A DNA stretch of 62,522 bases, filler included, from Actinomycetota bacterium (GTDB lineage: Bacteria > Actinomycetota > Acidimicrobiia > IMCC26256 > VFJJ01): NCBI GenBank assembly GCA_009886115.1. It is 4 parts of 4 records of this genome, joined end to end, with 100 filler letters (N's around TTAATTAATTAA, not from the genome) between each part and the next. Parts side by side here need not be neighbours in the genome. Positions count along the whole stretch, not along the records: positions 37,797 to 50,842 come from VFJJ01000216.1; positions 50,943 to 62,522 come from VFJJ01000116.1; 2 more parts are not named here. One strand, 5' to 3'. This document shows, piece after piece, positions 49,865-58,182 of the stretch. Below the pieces are notes generated by a model. It worked only from the letters and a program-made list of their open reading frames with translations, ran no database searches and was not told where the DNA came from. A program made the position numbers and the translations under genes. The stretch's first letter is position 1. The number at the start of each line of letters is the position of its first letter.

Positions 49865-49936
49865 CGAATCGCGCAAGTTTTTCCGGCTCCTCGAGAACAC
49901 GAGACAGCTCGACCTACCCGCGTAGTCGCGCGGCTC

Positions 49937-50614
49937 ATGGTCGCTCGGGCGGATCGCAGCTGTGCTTATCCTTTCTCGCCAGCCGCCGATTTCCCCAGTA
50001 TGCAGGCCGTTCTGCGACAAGCAGCCCTCGAGTTCGTCGATGTCGATGCGGAGACGTTCCTGCGCATGGTCCGCCACCGGACCTCGTCCGACGCTGCCAA
50101 GGGCGGCGTGAGGTCCCAGTACGAAGCCCAGCTGGCTCGGGGCGACTCGTCGGTACAGGTGTTGGGTCTTACAGCGTGCGGAACGCTGGTCGGAGCGGTC
50201 AGCGTCGGCTTGGTCGACCTACGCCTCAAACCGGACACGGTCGGAGGGCGTATCGACATCGTCGTCACCGAACCGCACTGTCGCGGACTCGGCGTCGGTG
50301 GAGTGCTCGTCGCCGCGGCCATCCAGCGTCTCATCACCGATCACGGTCCCAGATTGCGGCACCTCTCCACGATCGCCGTGCACCCCGCGATCGCCCACAT
50401 GGTCGAGAACCTCGAGTTCATCCGCGTTCCCACGGGCGACGTTCCTCTCTACGCTCGCGATGTGGAGGAAGCCACCATCGCCGCGTTGAGCAAGCGGGCC
50501 AGCACATTGCTGAGCTCGTCGCTGAGGAGTCTGCGCCTGCGTTGCGTGGATTGCCGACGCAAGCAGTGGTCTGAACCCTGGTGCCTTCCGAGTCCGACCC
50601 GTCGCAACGTCTGA
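49937..50614 (+). CDS. GNAT family acetyltransferase (start uncertain)
   Basis: IDIVVTEPHCRGLGVGGVL acetyl-CoA motif A; C-terminal CVDC...C. Confidence 0.7.
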   Translation: MVARADRSCAYPFSPAADFPSMQAVLRQAALEFVDVDAETFLRMVRHRTSSDAAKGGVRSQYEAQLARGDSSVQVLGLTACGTLVGAVSVGLVDLRLKPDTVGGRIDIVVTEPHCRGLGVGGVLVAAAIQRLITDHGPRLRHLSTIAVHPAIAHMVENLEFIRVPTGDVPLYARDVEEATIAALSKRASTLLSSSLRSLRLRCVDCRRKQWSEPWCLPSPTRRNV

Positions 50615-50735
50615 TCCCGCCCGATCGGCTGCCGGTTCCTGGTGCCTCCCAAAACGAGGCGTAGGCCACCGAGGTCCGCTCAGGAATGTGCCCCAACTCG
50701 TGGATCTTCACTCAGGTCGCGTCGGCCTGCATCCG

Positions 50736-50842
50736 TGTCGACGTTCAAGTAATCCACCGCGTGGTGGGTGGTGTGTTCAAGTAATCCTCCGGCGGGCGTT
50801 CACGTATTCCCTCGCGGCGCGTTCACGTTATGGAGCGGCGCC
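50736..50842. mobile_element. probable IS end with multiple terminal repeats (IS21-like)
   Basis: TGTCGAC start; gttca(a/c)gt-core repeats at 50743, 50775, 50798, 50821; contig breaks at 50842. Confidence 0.55.
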
Positions 50843-50942
50843 NNNNNNNNNNNNNNNNNNNNNNNNNNNNNNNNNNNNNNNNNNNNTTAATTAATTAANN
50901 NNNNNNNNNNNNNNNNNNNNNNNNNNNNNNNNNNNNNNNNNN
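50843..50942. other. artificial contig linker
   Basis: N44-TTAATTAATTAA-N44. Confidence 0.98.
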
Positions 50943-50947
50943 GGTGC

Positions 50948-51730
50948 TCAGCCGATGGTGATCTGGAGGCGCACGGGGTTCTCGAGCCAGGCCACGCTGA
51001 AGCCGCGCTGCGCGTCGAGGCCGATCACCCAGTTCAGGGTGGCCTCGAAGTCGCCCAACTCTTGGACGGTGGTCACGTACCTCGACCCGTCGGGGACGAT
51101 CTCGTCGGGGCCGGTGTAGGTCTCGACGAACGGATCGACCGACAGATCGACGCCGGACGCGCCCTCGAAGTGCACCGCGATCCACGACGCCCCGGAGACC
51201 TCGACCTGACGGCCCTCACCGTCGGTGGTGAACGGCGGCTCGGCCACCGAGACGCGAAACGCCGGCTGCTGCTCGGCCAAGGTGGCACCGTCGAAGACGA
51301 ACGTGACGACGTCGCCGCAGGTGTCACTCTCGACCGTGACATCGGCGAGCAGCGCGATACCGGTCCCCCCGACGACACCGATGGCGTCGTCGCGGCCACG
51401 AGCAGGCGGGCAGGGCCGTTGCGTGGCCCCTGTGGATCCGCTCGCCGGCGCGCTCGAGCCGGTGCTCGAACCCGTGGCGTCTGTCCCAGCGCCCTCGGGA
51501 TCGTCGGCGTCGATGGTCGCGTCCGTCTCTCCTGATGTCGAGGCGTCAGCTGTCGAGGAGCCGGGCGAGCCGGCATCGGGCCGTTCGGTCGAAGCTGTCG
51601 AGGAGCCCGACCCGCTCGGAGAACCGCCGCCACCGCTGTCCCCGTTGCACGCCGCGAGGACGGCGACGGCGACGATCGCCACCACGGATCTGACGGATCT
51701 GACGGATCGAGCCCAACGAGGTGCGGTCAC
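50948..51730 (-). CDS. lipoprotein (AMIN-like C-terminal domain)
   Basis: VAVLAAC lipobox, Ser/Gly linker, DVVTFVF...GDFEATLNWVIGL...P.RL.I. Confidence 0.75.
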   Translation of the reverse strand: MTAPRWARSVRSVRSVVAIVAVAVLAACNGDSGGGGSPSGSGSSTASTERPDAGSPGSSTADASTSGETDATIDADDPEGAGTDATGSSTGSSAPASGSTGATQRPCPPARGRDDAIGVVGGTGIALLADVTVESDTCGDVVTFVFDGATLAEQQPAFRVSVAEPPFTTDGEGRQVEVSGASWIAVHFEGASGVDLSVDPFVETYTGPDEIVPDGSRYVTTVQELGDFEATLNWVIGLDAQRGFSVAWLENPVRLQITIG

Positions 51731-52923
51731 CCGAGCGGGCCCCAACCGAAGCGGCTCAAGACCTCGGGGCTCATGTCGGACACGGCCACGGTCTCCCGGG
51801 CGAACCACGTGGCCACACCGGGATCGCACACACAGACCTGCACGGCGAGGACCATACCTTCCTCGATCAGCCAACGACCTTCGCCTCCGGAACCGGGCCC
51901 GCCCACGCCCACGATCGGCGGTTCCATCCCCAGCCCGACACCGGTGACGATCGGCAGAGCCGGGAGCGGCTCGCCCGTGGCCTCCCAGGCCCGCCGGAAC
52001 GCGACCGCTGCCCGCCCGGGGACGCACTCGGCCACGAGGGCGTCGAGGGCCCGGCGTCCCCTGGCGGCCAGGGCCACCTCGGCCGGCGACGGGCTAGCGC
52101 CACCCGAGCCCACGCGCCAGGTGCGGCCCACGCCTCCCTCGTAACCCCCGTACTGCACGATCGCGTGCAGAGCCACGAGATCGCCGTCGCGCACGACGCG
52201 ATCGCCCGGGATGTGGCGCAGCGCGGCGCCTGCCAACGAGACCGGGTCGGCCGGCTCGTGGGTGGTGACACAGAACGCGCCTTCCTGACCCGGGGTGGTG
52301 ACGCCGTTTCGGGCCATGGCGTGCTCGAACGCGCCCAGGAGCTCGCGCTCGCTCACCCCGGGCTCGAGCGCGTCGAGCGCTCCGGCGAGCGAGGCCTCGG
52401 CCAGCGCGCAGGCCGTCCGGATGATGGCGATCTCCTCGTGCGACTTGATCCGTCTGACCGAGCGCACGAGATCGTCACCGTCGACGAGCTCGGCGTCGGG
52501 GAAGGTGTTGTGCAGCAAGGTCTCGAACAGCGGCGTGAGACCGTCGACGGCGATCACCCGGGCGTCGGTCGTCCCCGGGATCTGTGCCAGCCGCATCATC
52601 AGGTTCATGGGGTTCCAGCTGATGGGAAACAGGTGCGCGTGCGGGATCTCGAGCGGCACGCCCTCGTCGCTGATCGACAGCAGATGCACGTCGCGGGTGT
52701 GGCGAACCAGCACGCAGGTGGGCGCGAACGGCCGCGACCCCAGCAGCGTGAGCCCCCGGCTGCCGGCCACGTACTTGGGATTTCCGCCGCGCCCGACCAT
52801 CAGCACGTCGACGTTCCGTGCCTCCATCTCGGCCAGCACCCGATACCGACGCAGGGCCCGAACAGCGTCGAATGCCACCGAAGGCCCGTCCTCCAACGTC
52901 ATGGTGCCGAAGCTCTGGTGCAC
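51727..52923 (-). CDS. M24-fold protein lacking metal ligands
   Basis: RRIKSHEEIAIIR.A, GVSEREL, GRTW, GVGLGME.P. Confidence 0.8.
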   Translation of the reverse strand: MHQSFGTMTLEDGPSVAFDAVRALRRYRVLAEMEARNVDVLMVGRGGNPKYVAGSRGLTLLGSRPFAPTCVLVRHTRDVHLLSISDEGVPLEIPHAHLFPISWNPMNLMMRLAQIPGTTDARVIAVDGLTPLFETLLHNTFPDAELVDGDDLVRSVRRIKSHEEIAIIRTACALAEASLAGALDALEPGVSERELLGAFEHAMARNGVTTPGQEGAFCVTTHEPADPVSLAGAALRHIPGDRVVRDGDLVALHAIVQYGGYEGGVGRTWRVGSGGASPSPAEVALAARGRRALDALVAECVPGRAAVAFRRAWEATGEPLPALPIVTGVGLGMEPPIVGVGGPGSGGEGRWLIEEGMVLAVQVCVCDPGVATWFARETVAVSDMSPEVLSRFGWGPLG

Positions 52924-52941
52924 GGAACTCGCTCCTCGCTG

Positions 52942-52992
52942 CGTTCTTTGTGTCCAGATCCGCTCCAGGCGCGGTCGTGGACGCAAAGAACG
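52942..52992. repeat. intergenic hairpin
   Basis: cgttctttgtgtcca...tggacgcaaagaacg. Confidence 0.65.
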
Positions 52993-52994
52993 GG

Positions 52995-54197
52995 TCAGTC
53001 GTCGGGGAAGGGGTGGTAGGTGTCGTGGCTGAGGGCGATCCAGCCGGTCTCGGTGACGGCGACGACGTCCTCCGACCTGTAACCGGCGTGGCCGTGCTCC
53101 CAGATGACGGGCTCGAGCACCATGACCATCCCCGGTACCAGCACGATCGACTCGTCGAACTCCGAGCCGAGGTCGGTGCCGATCAACGGGGCTTCGGCCG
53201 GATCGGTACCGATCCCGTGCACGAGATAGAAGTGCGGCAGCCAGGGTCGGCGCGCCTCTCCGACACACGCGGCCCGAACGAGATCGCCCCCCGTGGCGCC
53301 GGGACGGGTCGCCTCGAGAACCCGATCGACGACCGCGCGCCACCGCTGATACTGGGCCACTTGATGTGCGTCGGGACGGGCGTCGCGTGACACCAGCCAG
53401 GTTCGGCCGTGATCGGACGCATATCCGTTCCAGTTACACCCGGTATCTGTCCAGATCACATCGCCCTCGCGGAGGATGCGGTCGGTGGTCGCCGTCGGAA
53501 ACACCACGTCGCCCGTCGTCGAATACGGCCCCGACGACACACGGGCCGGCATCACCTGCCAGACGGGATCGACGCAGTTCGACGAGATGCAGAGCTCGCG
53601 GATCCGGCGGAGGAAGGCCGCGGTGAGCTCGGTCTGGCGCACCCCCGGACGCGCCAAGGGCCGCACGGCATCCATGGCCGTGTCGTTGATGCGCTGCGCC
53701 TCGCGGATGCAGGCCAGCTCGTCGAACGTCTTGCACAGCTTGGCCGCGCCCATGACCGCCGACGCATCGCCGAGCTCGAGGCCCGACACCGACACCTCGG
53801 CGTACAGGGGCATCGTGTACTCGTCGAACGCCACGACGCCCACGGGGCGCCCGCCGAGCACGTCGTAGATCGCGTCGACGAGACCGCCGCCTCCGAGCTC
53901 GACCGGCAGCGGCCCATGACAGCTCTCTGGCGGGAGCTCGGGCGGGAGCCCTTCCGGGAACGCACTGAACACGTGGGGCACCCATCCGTCGACGGTGACC
54001 ACGGCGATCGGACGCTGCAGGGTCGCCCGTCCGATCTCGGCCGCGGGAGCATGAGCCCCGGTGGCGTAGCGCACGTTGCTCTCGCCCAGCAGCACGAGCA
54101 CGTCGACGTCCTGCGTCTCCATCGCGGCGACGAGCTTGGCGTGACGCTCGCGGCGCATGCGAGCGAGATCGGGAGTTCCTTCGAAGAGCGGCTGCAT
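52995..54197 (-). CDS. M24 family metallopeptidase
   Basis: DTG...YASDHGRT, HGIG, VLEP, RSED. Confidence 0.88.
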   Translation of the reverse strand: MQPLFEGTPDLARMRRERHAKLVAAMETQDVDVLVLLGESNVRYATGAHAPAAEIGRATLQRPIAVVTVDGWVPHVFSAFPEGLPPELPPESCHGPLPVELGGGGLVDAIYDVLGGRPVGVVAFDEYTMPLYAEVSVSGLELGDASAVMGAAKLCKTFDELACIREAQRINDTAMDAVRPLARPGVRQTELTAAFLRRIRELCISSNCVDPVWQVMPARVSSGPYSTTGDVVFPTATTDRILREGDVIWTDTGCNWNGYASDHGRTWLVSRDARPDAHQVAQYQRWRAVVDRVLEATRPGATGGDLVRAACVGEARRPWLPHFYLVHGIGTDPAEAPLIGTDLGSEFDESIVLVPGMVMVLEPVIWEHGHAGYRSEDVVAVTETGWIALSHDTYHPFPDD

Positions 54198-54209
54198 CGA
54201 GAGCAGTGT

Positions 54210-55409
54210 CTACCCGGAGAGCCCGTAGGCCGTGACGACGTTGCGCCAGCAGATGTTCTCGCGGGCGGCCTCGGTGAGCGGCTCGATGGCTTCGTGCAGC
54301 TCGGCCACGACGGTGGGGTGGTACTCGGGATGCGGGTAGTCGGAGGCCCAGAGGATCCGCTCGGAGCCCAGCCAGTCGGAGCACGCGGCGAGGTTCCACT
54401 CCTCGGCCTCGAAGCTCACGTAGCCCTGGCGCTTGAAGTACTCGCTCGGCAGCGAGTTGAGCCAACGCCGTTCGAGGGGGAAGGCCTTCACCTGCTCGTC
54501 CATCCGCTGGAGCTGGGTCGGTACCCATCCGCCGCCGGCCTCGAGGAGCAGGAACCGCAAGCGGGGGAAGCGTTCGCACACCCCGCCCATCAGCAGACGC
54601 CCGAGGGTGACGTTCATGTCGACGGCGTTGCCGATCGCCTGGCCCAGCCCCGAGCCGCCGTGGAGCTCGTCGACCTGCATGTTGGTGACCGACGTGTTCG
54701 GCGAGTTGGCGACGAGCCCGTACTTCAAGCAGGCGCCGGGCGTGTCGATGTGCACGCCGTTGTGGAAGGCCACCGGTACGTCGAGATCGCACGCCGCGGC
54801 CCAGAAGCGGTCGTAGGCGTGGTGCGAGAACGGGAGCTCGGTGTCGCCGTCGAACAGGTAGGCCGACGGGCGCACGAACACCCCGCGGTGACCCTGGTTC
54901 ACGGCCCGTTCGAGCTCGGCCACCGCGAGATCGACGTCTTGCAGCGGGACGGCCGCCGTGGGGATCAGCCTGTGGGGATCGGCCGAGCAGTACTCGGTGA
55001 TCCAGTCGTTGTACGCCGCCTGGCAGTCGCGTACGAACTCGGTGTTGCGCAGGGCCTTGATGGGATCGATCGGGCCGAAGAACAACGCGAAGCTGGGGTA
55101 GAGCACCACTCGGTCGATGCCGTCGCGGTCCATGTCGGCCAGACGGGCGACCGGGTCCTCCCCGCCGGGGGTGCGGAGCTGCGCCATGAGGCCCCGCACG
55201 CCTTGGGGGGTGAGCCCGGCCTTCTCGGCGATGGCGTCGGTGACCTCACGGCCTCCGCCGCGCAGCTCCCCGCCCAACCAGATGAACTCGTAGGGCTCCT
55301 CGGTGGTCTTGTGCGGGATCCAGTCGCCCCACTTCTTGCGGTCCATGCGGTCGGTCCAGACCGCATCGAACGGCTCGTAGACGTGGCCATCGGCGTCGAA
55401 GACGGTCAT
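54210..55409 (-). CDS. amidohydrolase_2 family protein
   Basis: FDADGHVYEP, AFH, LEAGGGW, WASDYPH. Confidence 0.9.
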   Translation of the reverse strand: MTVFDADGHVYEPFDAVWTDRMDRKKWGDWIPHKTTEEPYEFIWLGGELRGGGREVTDAIAEKAGLTPQGVRGLMAQLRTPGGEDPVARLADMDRDGIDRVVLYPSFALFFGPIDPIKALRNTEFVRDCQAAYNDWITEYCSADPHRLIPTAAVPLQDVDLAVAELERAVNQGHRGVFVRPSAYLFDGDTELPFSHHAYDRFWAAACDLDVPVAFHNGVHIDTPGACLKYGLVANSPNTSVTNMQVDELHGGSGLGQAIGNAVDMNVTLGRLLMGGVCERFPRLRFLLLEAGGGWVPTQLQRMDEQVKAFPLERRWLNSLPSEYFKRQGYVSFEAEEWNLAACSDWLGSERILWASDYPHPEYHPTVVAELHEAIEPLTEAARENICWRNVVTAYGLSG

Positions 55410-55445
55410 GGGCTGCTCCCTCTGTGCGTCCTGTGCGTACATCGA

Positions 55446-55497
55446 CGACCAGGAGTGAGTTGTACCCCCTCTGTGCCGGTCAACTCACTCTTGCTCG
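55446..55497. repeat. palindromic element, family B (copy 3)
   Basis: cgaccaggagtgagttg-N18-caactcactcttgctcg. Confidence 0.8.
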
Positions 55498-55562
55498 GGG
55501 TTCGTCACGTAGCCTGCCTCCGTGAGCACCGTCGTGCAACGTAAACCTGACGCTGGCGTCAC

Positions 55563-56408
55563 ATGAGCTCGCTCGCCGAGCGCTCCCTCTGCGAGCGGCT
55601 GGGGCATCGGGCCGACGCCCGCCTGTTGCTGGTGACGGCCGACGACCTCGGCATGACGCATGCCGCCAACGTCGGGGTCTACGACGCGCTCCGTCACGGC
55701 CTGGCTACCAGCGCCGGGCTGATGGTGCCGTGCCCGTGGGCCCGCGACGCCGCCGCGGCTTACCGGGGCGAGGACGTGGGCGTGCACCTCACGTTCAACG
55801 CCGAGTTCGACACCTACCGCTGGGGGCCGCTCACCCGCTCCCCGTCGCTCGTCGACGGCGACGGCGGATACCCCCGCACCGTCACCGACCTCTGGGGCCA
55901 CGCCGACCTCGAGGAGGTGCGCCGCGACGGACGGGTCCAGATCGAGCGGGCGATCTCATGGGGCTTCGACCCGTCGCACCTCTCGTCGCATCTGTCGGCG
56001 CTGGTACCCCGGGCCGAGTTCTTCGACGCCCTGCTCGAGCTGGCCGTCGACTTCCGGCTCCCGCTTCGCCTGCCCGGCGCCGACGCTGAGAAGGCGATCG
56101 GCTTCCCCTTGCGCCGCTTGGCCGCCGAGGAAGGCGTGGTGTTCCCCGACCAGTTGGTGACGCTCCGGGGCGACTCCCGCCGGGCATTCGAGCAGGCCGT
56201 CTTCAACCTCGCCCCCGGCGTCACCGAGATCCGCATTCGCCCCGCCGTCGCCTCCGAGGAGCTCCGGGCCGCGTGTCCCGACTGGGCCCGCCGGGTCGAC
56301 GACCACGCCACTGCCCGCCACGACCGGGCCCTCGCGGACCTGGTCGAGCGGGCGGGAGCGATCCTTATCGGCTGGAAACCCTTACGGGAGCTGATGCGGC
56401 GAGGGTGA
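55563..56408 (+). CDS. YdjC/ChbG/HpnK family deacetylase
   Basis: ADDLG, SAGLMVP.PW, VGVHLT, SHLSSH. Confidence 0.85.
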   Translation: MSSLAERSLCERLGHRADARLLLVTADDLGMTHAANVGVYDALRHGLATSAGLMVPCPWARDAAAAYRGEDVGVHLTFNAEFDTYRWGPLTRSPSLVDGDGGYPRTVTDLWGHADLEEVRRDGRVQIERAISWGFDPSHLSSHLSALVPRAEFFDALLELAVDFRLPLRLPGADAEKAIGFPLRRLAAEEGVVFPDQLVTLRGDSRRAFEQAVFNLAPGVTEIRIRPAVASEELRAACPDWARRVDDHATARHDRALADLVERAGAILIGWKPLRELMRRG

Positions 56409-56674
56409 GGGTGAGGCCGAAGCCGTTCTCAGCCTGGCCGTGAAGGCGTGGGATTGTCCGTCAGGCAGGGTGACGGCACCTCCGACCGCATCGCCGGTCA
56501 ACGTCGCCGTGAGAACGATCTCCCCGAGCACGTCCTCGGCAGCGAGCGTGTCGCCGGTACGACTGCCGGTCAGGTAGTCCCACAGCTTGTCGCTGTCGCA
56601 GACGTAGGCGAGCACCTGGCTATCGTCGGCCACCACAGCGACGAAGGCGTCGCTTCCCTCCACGGCGCCCAGCT
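56382..56674 (-). pseudogene. headless fragment of a secreted beta-rich protein
   Basis: SDAFVAVVADDSQVLAYVCDS...GAVTLPDG; no independent start outside the SCP2 gene. Confidence 0.4.
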
Positions 56675-57130
56675 TCAGCCCGCTCGGGAACCCGCCAGCT
56701 CCCGGAGTACGGCGCGGCGGGCGGGGTGGTCGAACCACTCGAGGAGCTCCAACAGGAGGCCCTGATCGCCCGAGGTCTTGAGCTTGCCCTGCATGAACGC
56801 CACCGTGGCCGCCGTCTCGCCGGAGAGCACCGACGAGGCGAGCGGCCATGGTGCGTTCAGGCTCACGGGCAGGTCGGGTGCCGGCGTTCCCAGCTCCACA
56901 TCGGCGAGCTGGCCGTCGTTCAGCACCAGGGTCGCGGCGACGTCACCCATGCCCCCGCCCGACGTGCCCCCGCCCGACGTGCCACCGCCCGACGTGCCAC
57001 CGCCCGACACGAGCAGCCCGACACGCAGCGACGGACGGGCGCCCGATCCGCCGACGTCGGTTGCGGCCAGAGCCAGGCGCCAGGCCTCGAACCAGTCGGG
57101 CGAGAGCAGTGACAACGCAGCGACCGTCAC
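56675..57130 (-). CDS. SCP2 sterol-binding domain protein with (SGGGT)n insert
   Basis: LSPDW...AFMQGKLKTSGD; start overlaps the mca stop. Confidence 0.8.
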   Translation of the reverse strand: MTVAALSLLSPDWFEAWRLALAATDVGGSGARPSLRVGLLVSGGGTSGGGTSGGGTSGGGMGDVAATLVLNDGQLADVELGTPAPDLPVSLNAPWPLASSVLSGETAATVAFMQGKLKTSGDQGLLLELLEWFDHPARRAVLRELAGSRAG

Positions 57131-58044
57131 GACCGTCGTCGACCCACGGGCGAGCGGAGGCCGGCGAAGAGGTCGGTCTCCCATTCGCCCGCCGCCACAC
57201 CGGTCTCGACGAGGGACCGGGCGAGCATGAACTCCTCCCAGGGGAACAGCTCCTTGGTGGCCTCGTCGGGCATGCGCATCCAGAACCCGTTGGGATCGAC
57301 CTGCGTCCGGTGCGCCAGCAGGGAGAGGCGGCGGGCTTCGAGGTGCTCACCCACGTGGATACGTGTCGTGAGCGTCGCTTCCTCGTAGGTGTCGATGTGC
57401 TCCATCCACCGGTCGTAGGGGTTCTCTCCCTCGCGTTCCGAGAACCACTTGTGCAGCACGAGGATCCGGGCTTTCGACCAGAAGCCCATGTAGTAGAGCT
57501 TGACGGGCTGGAAGGGCTCACCGGCTTCGGGGTAGCGATCGGGATCGCCAGCCGCTTCGAATGCCCGCACCGACACGTCGTGGACCCGGATGTGATCGGG
57601 ATGCGGGTAGCGCGAGTGGTCGTCGCCATAGGCCATCACGACCTGGGGGCGCTCGGCCCGGATGATGCGCACCAGACGGCCGGTGGCCTCGTCGAGATCG
57701 GCGTTCCAGAAGTTGTCGGGGCGGTGGTTGACCTCGGTGTCGGGCATGCCGGAATCGTGGTAGCCGAGGAGGTGCAGCGTCCCATAGGCCAGCGCAGCAC
57801 ACGACTCCCGGAGCTCTCGCATCCGCAGGGCGGACAGATCGGCCCGGTTCTCGGGGGTGTCGAGCTCCTTGGTGAGGATGTCGCCAGCCTCGCCACCCGT
57901 GCAGCACACCAACACCGTGCGTACGCCTTCGGCCGCGTAGAGCGCGGCCGTCCCCGACCCCTTGGAAGCTTCGTCGTCGGGATGGGCGTGGACCTGGAGG
58001 AGGCACAGCTCCGAGCCCGTAGTCTCGTCGATGGGGGGCGGCAC
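57127..58044 (-). CDS. mca: mycothiol S-conjugate amidase
   Basis: VHAHPDDEASKG, CTGGEAG, LGYHDSGM, YPHPDHI, AHRTQVDP, ETDLFAG. Confidence 0.88.
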   Translation of the reverse strand: MPPPIDETTGSELCLLQVHAHPDDEASKGSGTAALYAAEGVRTVLVCCTGGEAGDILTKELDTPENRADLSALRMRELRESCAALAYGTLHLLGYHDSGMPDTEVNHRPDNFWNADLDEATGRLVRIIRAERPQVVMAYGDDHSRYPHPDHIRVHDVSVRAFEAAGDPDRYPEAGEPFQPVKLYYMGFWSKARILVLHKWFSEREGENPYDRWMEHIDTYEEATLTTRIHVGEHLEARRLSLLAHRTQVDPNGFWMRMPDEATKELFPWEEFMLARSLVETGVAAGEWETDLFAGLRSPVGRRRS

Positions 58045-58182
58045 GGCTGACGAGGGTAGCTGGTCAGGCCGACCGGCCCCGTCCCCGCCCTCCGGCGACG
58101 TGCACGAGAGGCTGCCTCGGGTTCGCTACCGTTGTCGGCTCTGACGAGGGGTCAGGACGGGGCGGGGCCCCGAGGGGGTTGT

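Noticed and set aside
50743..50833. Mini-CRISPR
   Set aside because: Repeats are only 13 bp and degenerate, with 10-19 bp gaps; an IS end fits better
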